Shown: positions 60,001-60,458 of the stretch, one piece after another
How positions within the stretch are numbered: the stretch's first letter is position 1
How the letters are laid out: each line of letters starts with the position of its first letter
From: an uncultured Desulfobacteraceae bacterium
GTDB lineage: Bacteria; Desulfobacterota; Desulfobacteria; Desulfobacterales; BuS5
DNA length: 60,458 nucleotides
NCBI GenBank assembly: GCA_964482535.1
Contig: CAYZXU010000002.1
Location: 1-60,458 of the forward strand
Direction of reading: 5' to 3'
Position numbers and translations under genes: made by a program
The notes under the pieces: generated by a model
Told to the model about the DNA's origin: nothing
Database searches by the model: none
What the model saw: the letters and a program-made list of their open reading frames with translations, nothing else

Positions 60001-60458
60001 AGTTGATGTTGAAATCAGGGATGGTGTTAAAAAAGGCATGGGAGTAATACATTCAAGGGCAAAGGCGATTTTGACTTCTTCTCTTTCCCATAAATCTTCC
60101 GGCTCTGCCTTGCGCCTTGATCCTGATGAACTAAAGATTACGCCCTATGCGCGAACCATGGACGATGTGTATGAAAATATTCTGTTTCATGGTGATAAAC
60201 TTCGAGGTATAAGAAAAATAACAAGCTGCTCTGAGCAGTTCATGCTTGCAGAGATTGATTCAGCTCCATTGCCCGGGCAATGGATGTCTGAGCCTTTAAG
60301 AAGCCGATGGATAGCTGACCCTTTGATTATTGATTCTGCTTTTCAAATGGCAACGATTTGGACTTATGAAAAAACAGGCATGTTTTCCCTGCCGGGATAT
60401 TGTGCAACATACCGCCAGTATCAGGACAGATTTCCATCAAAAGGTGTGAAAGTTTTGC
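54029..60458 (+). CDS. pfaA: PfaA-like multidomain PUFA/polyketide synthase (KS-AT-ACP-ACP-KR-DH), 3'-partial
   Basis: This ORF is not in the supplied track: it has a GTG start and no stop within the window. GTG 54029 is the first codon after in-frame TAA 54026-54028. The translation VKHKNELKYQNTPVAIIGMECFFPKSSDLKEYWRLL is a KS N-terminus. The KS Cys codon is 54665-54667 (DAACASS). AT motifs are GQGSQ (~55822) and GHSFG (56108..56122). The ACP DSIKRVE Ser codons are 57503-57505 and 57842-57844. The KR motif is ITGGARGIT (~58817). The DH motif is HVLGGRPVVP (His codon 59789-59791). The frame stays open to 60458. Confidence 0.85.
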   Translation, partial: MKHKNELKYQNTPVAIIGMECFFPKSSDLKEYWRLLYNGEDGITDIPETHWSPEDYFDKDQARPDHVYAKRGGFLSPVKFDPLEFGIPPSNLQATDTSQLLALIAAKRALEKAGYGGDKEFNRDKTGVIIGVTGTQELVIPLGARLGYPVWRKALENSGVDHDKTEEVIKRISESYLPWQENSFPGLLGNVVAGRICNRLNLGGTNCVVDAACASSMAALNMAVMELVSGKSDMVVTGGVDTLNDIFMHMCFAKTHILSPSGDIRPFSKNADGTLLGEGVGILVLKRLADAKKDGDRIYAVIKGIGTSSDGKSQSIYAPNAKGQAKALREAYENADVDPGTVELLEAHGTGTMVGDLVEFNAVKEVFGQSENQSEKKNNWCAIGSVKSMIGHTKAAAGSAGLIKAALSLYNKVLLPTLKADEPDPKLEIDKSPFYINSESRPWFSKNGNPRRAGISSFGFGGSNFHVIMEEYLRDKEEVLCASKVEIISFSSSSLEGLKNDISEFKKLTVQSFSKNFFAEKTFETRKNFSSKDPYRLLITVKSLSETDEDLSLSLEQLFDEASALMEKIGLEGKSILNTDNVFLGCGKPSEKIAFVFPGQGSQYVNMGRDIICSFPESFKAIETANSICGKQANANFLISDFIFPRLSKSKKETEKQKTRLQKTDIAQPAIGAVSLAMLKILQRFGIKPDAVCGHSFGELTALCAAGWIDEETFLNLAAIRGKLMADAGKSNEVNNGAMLAVNAPLDELEKLVAGMDNRLIIANRNSPRQGVLSGSLNYIEEAQKICLKKGFSAIRLPVSAAFHSSLVEEAAKPFGDAVNNFNIIPTDMPVFSNTTAGMYPADSSKARALLANQILSPVNFTEEIENLYTFGINTFVEVGPKPVLSGLIKSILRGRDCHIISLDSSSGKDSGIADIARALCMIASTGSQVDLKKWECPIGSDLASLNQVKPVNNAKGKMAVQVSGANFKVPTKNNQDKVENYKNKNFTPQAVESSKEPEIGGVMYKDKKDSDHNIIDSLKLVREGMDAICSIQMQTAETHKKFLETQAEASRTLHEMMESVRSITETSSGADNKKDIFEKKEIFIPDNLTAQALEVKPEPAESLKAISVKDEVKVDPEEAEKAEKVQDIITGVVSELTGYPPEMLEPDMDIETDLGIDSIKRVEIFSLLEEKMPGLPSVSPEDMGSIKTLGQIAEYLKSSSGSKDAGLEYTDLDSEEGRSKKIKAETKDPKAEPESEKVQDIITGVVSQLTGYPPEMLEPDMDIETDLGIDSIKRVEIFSLLEEKMPGLPSVSPEDMGSIKTLGQIAEYLKSSSDYKQTGLKESGQENIEEVKNLKNISKEEINEASLDSAESVSDLIDRKKVCLVETPLKAGKSITIPADKKIFITDDKAGLSLSIADELALLNINTVVISHDILKYRKDFPKAAGLILIPKKMDAGPDYDPDNDPDNNPDKKHEEFLKNVFMLTSHIAGDLIKSAKNGGAVFATITGLDGAFGFKGGAVLSPVSGGLAGLAKTASIEWEQVSCHALDIDPAWKNNREIAKAVVAEILNDSLENGIETGLGQNIRYKLKLQSAPYADSESVQAETALNPGEPVVITGGARGITANCAFALAKYERPVLVLIGRSPALFPEPEWLAPLDDKGLIKKAILENEKPVTPAELEKLYARYMANREIAKNIKMLKSMGEKVYYYSADIRDYDRISVIFNEVRDLHGPIKGIIHGAGVLEDRLITDKTKEQYEKVFSTKVDGLRALLAAAKDDDLKYLILFSSISARVGNMGQADYAMANEVLNKIAHRESNLRSGCRVVSINWGPWDGGMVSDTLKNEFKKNNIGMIPVDTGAMCMLYEMKRQSVKSDNQNPEVVIGAKSFSKDEAYQENSHYFKGSRTSEKQPDNFKPVGGNNNLSLIIKREIDVNSYPVLKSHVLGGRPVVPFALMTEWISHSALHENPGLLLYGIDDMRILKGIALEKKNGHRKKLVHMFTGKAVKKGLFFEVDVEIRDGVKKGMGVIHSRAKAILTSSLSHKSSGSALRLDPDELKITPYARTMDDVYENILFHGDKLRGIRKITSCSEQFMLAEIDSAPLPGQWMSEPLRSRWIADPLIIDSAFQMATIWTYEKTGMFSLPGYCATYRQYQDRFPSKGVKVL
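57398..57975 (+). repeat. two tandem near-identical ACP-coding units (339-bp period)
   Basis: GAAAAAGTTCAGGATATTATAACCGGAGTTGTTTC... recurs at 57398 and 57737. About 230 bp are nearly identical, with a handful of mismatches. Confidence 0.9.

Noticed and set aside
1-60458. A search for an ABC transporter, C39 peptidase, RtxC-type acyltransferase, transposase/IS elements, and tRNA or rRNA genes.
   Set aside because: I recognised none in any listed ORF or intergenic region. This absence is reported as an observation limited to this window.

Overview
This 60,458-bp window is dominated by one uninterrupted 40,716-nt ORF (9547..50262, 13,571 codons, about two thirds of the window) encoding a giant repeat protein. 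From N to C it has a polybasic leader with a LEPR-XLL-like motif (FEALEDRILLSAD), a DUF4347-like domain, and about 9 kb of RTX GGxGxD nonapeptide repeats placed N-proximally. These are followed by Gly/Ala/Ser/Val-rich beta-helix-like repeats (~390-bp units, then a ~2.2-kb super-repeat with 4 full and 1 partial copies), nine tandem copies of an unnamed ~85-aa domain, a short second RTX block, and an AT-rich Lys/Glu-rich tail. A TolC-family gene sits immediately upstream on the same strand. Divergent from it is a tightly packed four-gene operon: tandem-GAF-TM-HlyD; PqqD-like-M50 (S2P) metalloprotease-HlyD; a SecA-family ATPase lacking the C-terminal wing, two-helix-finger and Zn-tail region; and a small MFP adaptor. 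No ABC transporter is present. My main hypothesis is an undescribed ABC-less, SecA-like-driven, TolC-dependent export/processing system dedicated to the LEPR-XLL giant protein. The left edge holds a decayed toxin-antitoxin patch: a hipA remnant, a phd/yefM antitoxin, and a parE truncated where it abuts a convergent XRE-HTH gene. The right side holds a DUF3467 protein, a Cys-cluster protein, xerD with an intrinsic terminator, and a PUFA/polyketide pfa locus in ER-first order (pfaD, then pfaA KS-AT-ACP-ACP-KR-DH running off the window). No rRNA, tRNA, CRISPR array or IS/transposase was recognised. All family assignments were made by eye from motifs, and none was verified by a database search.
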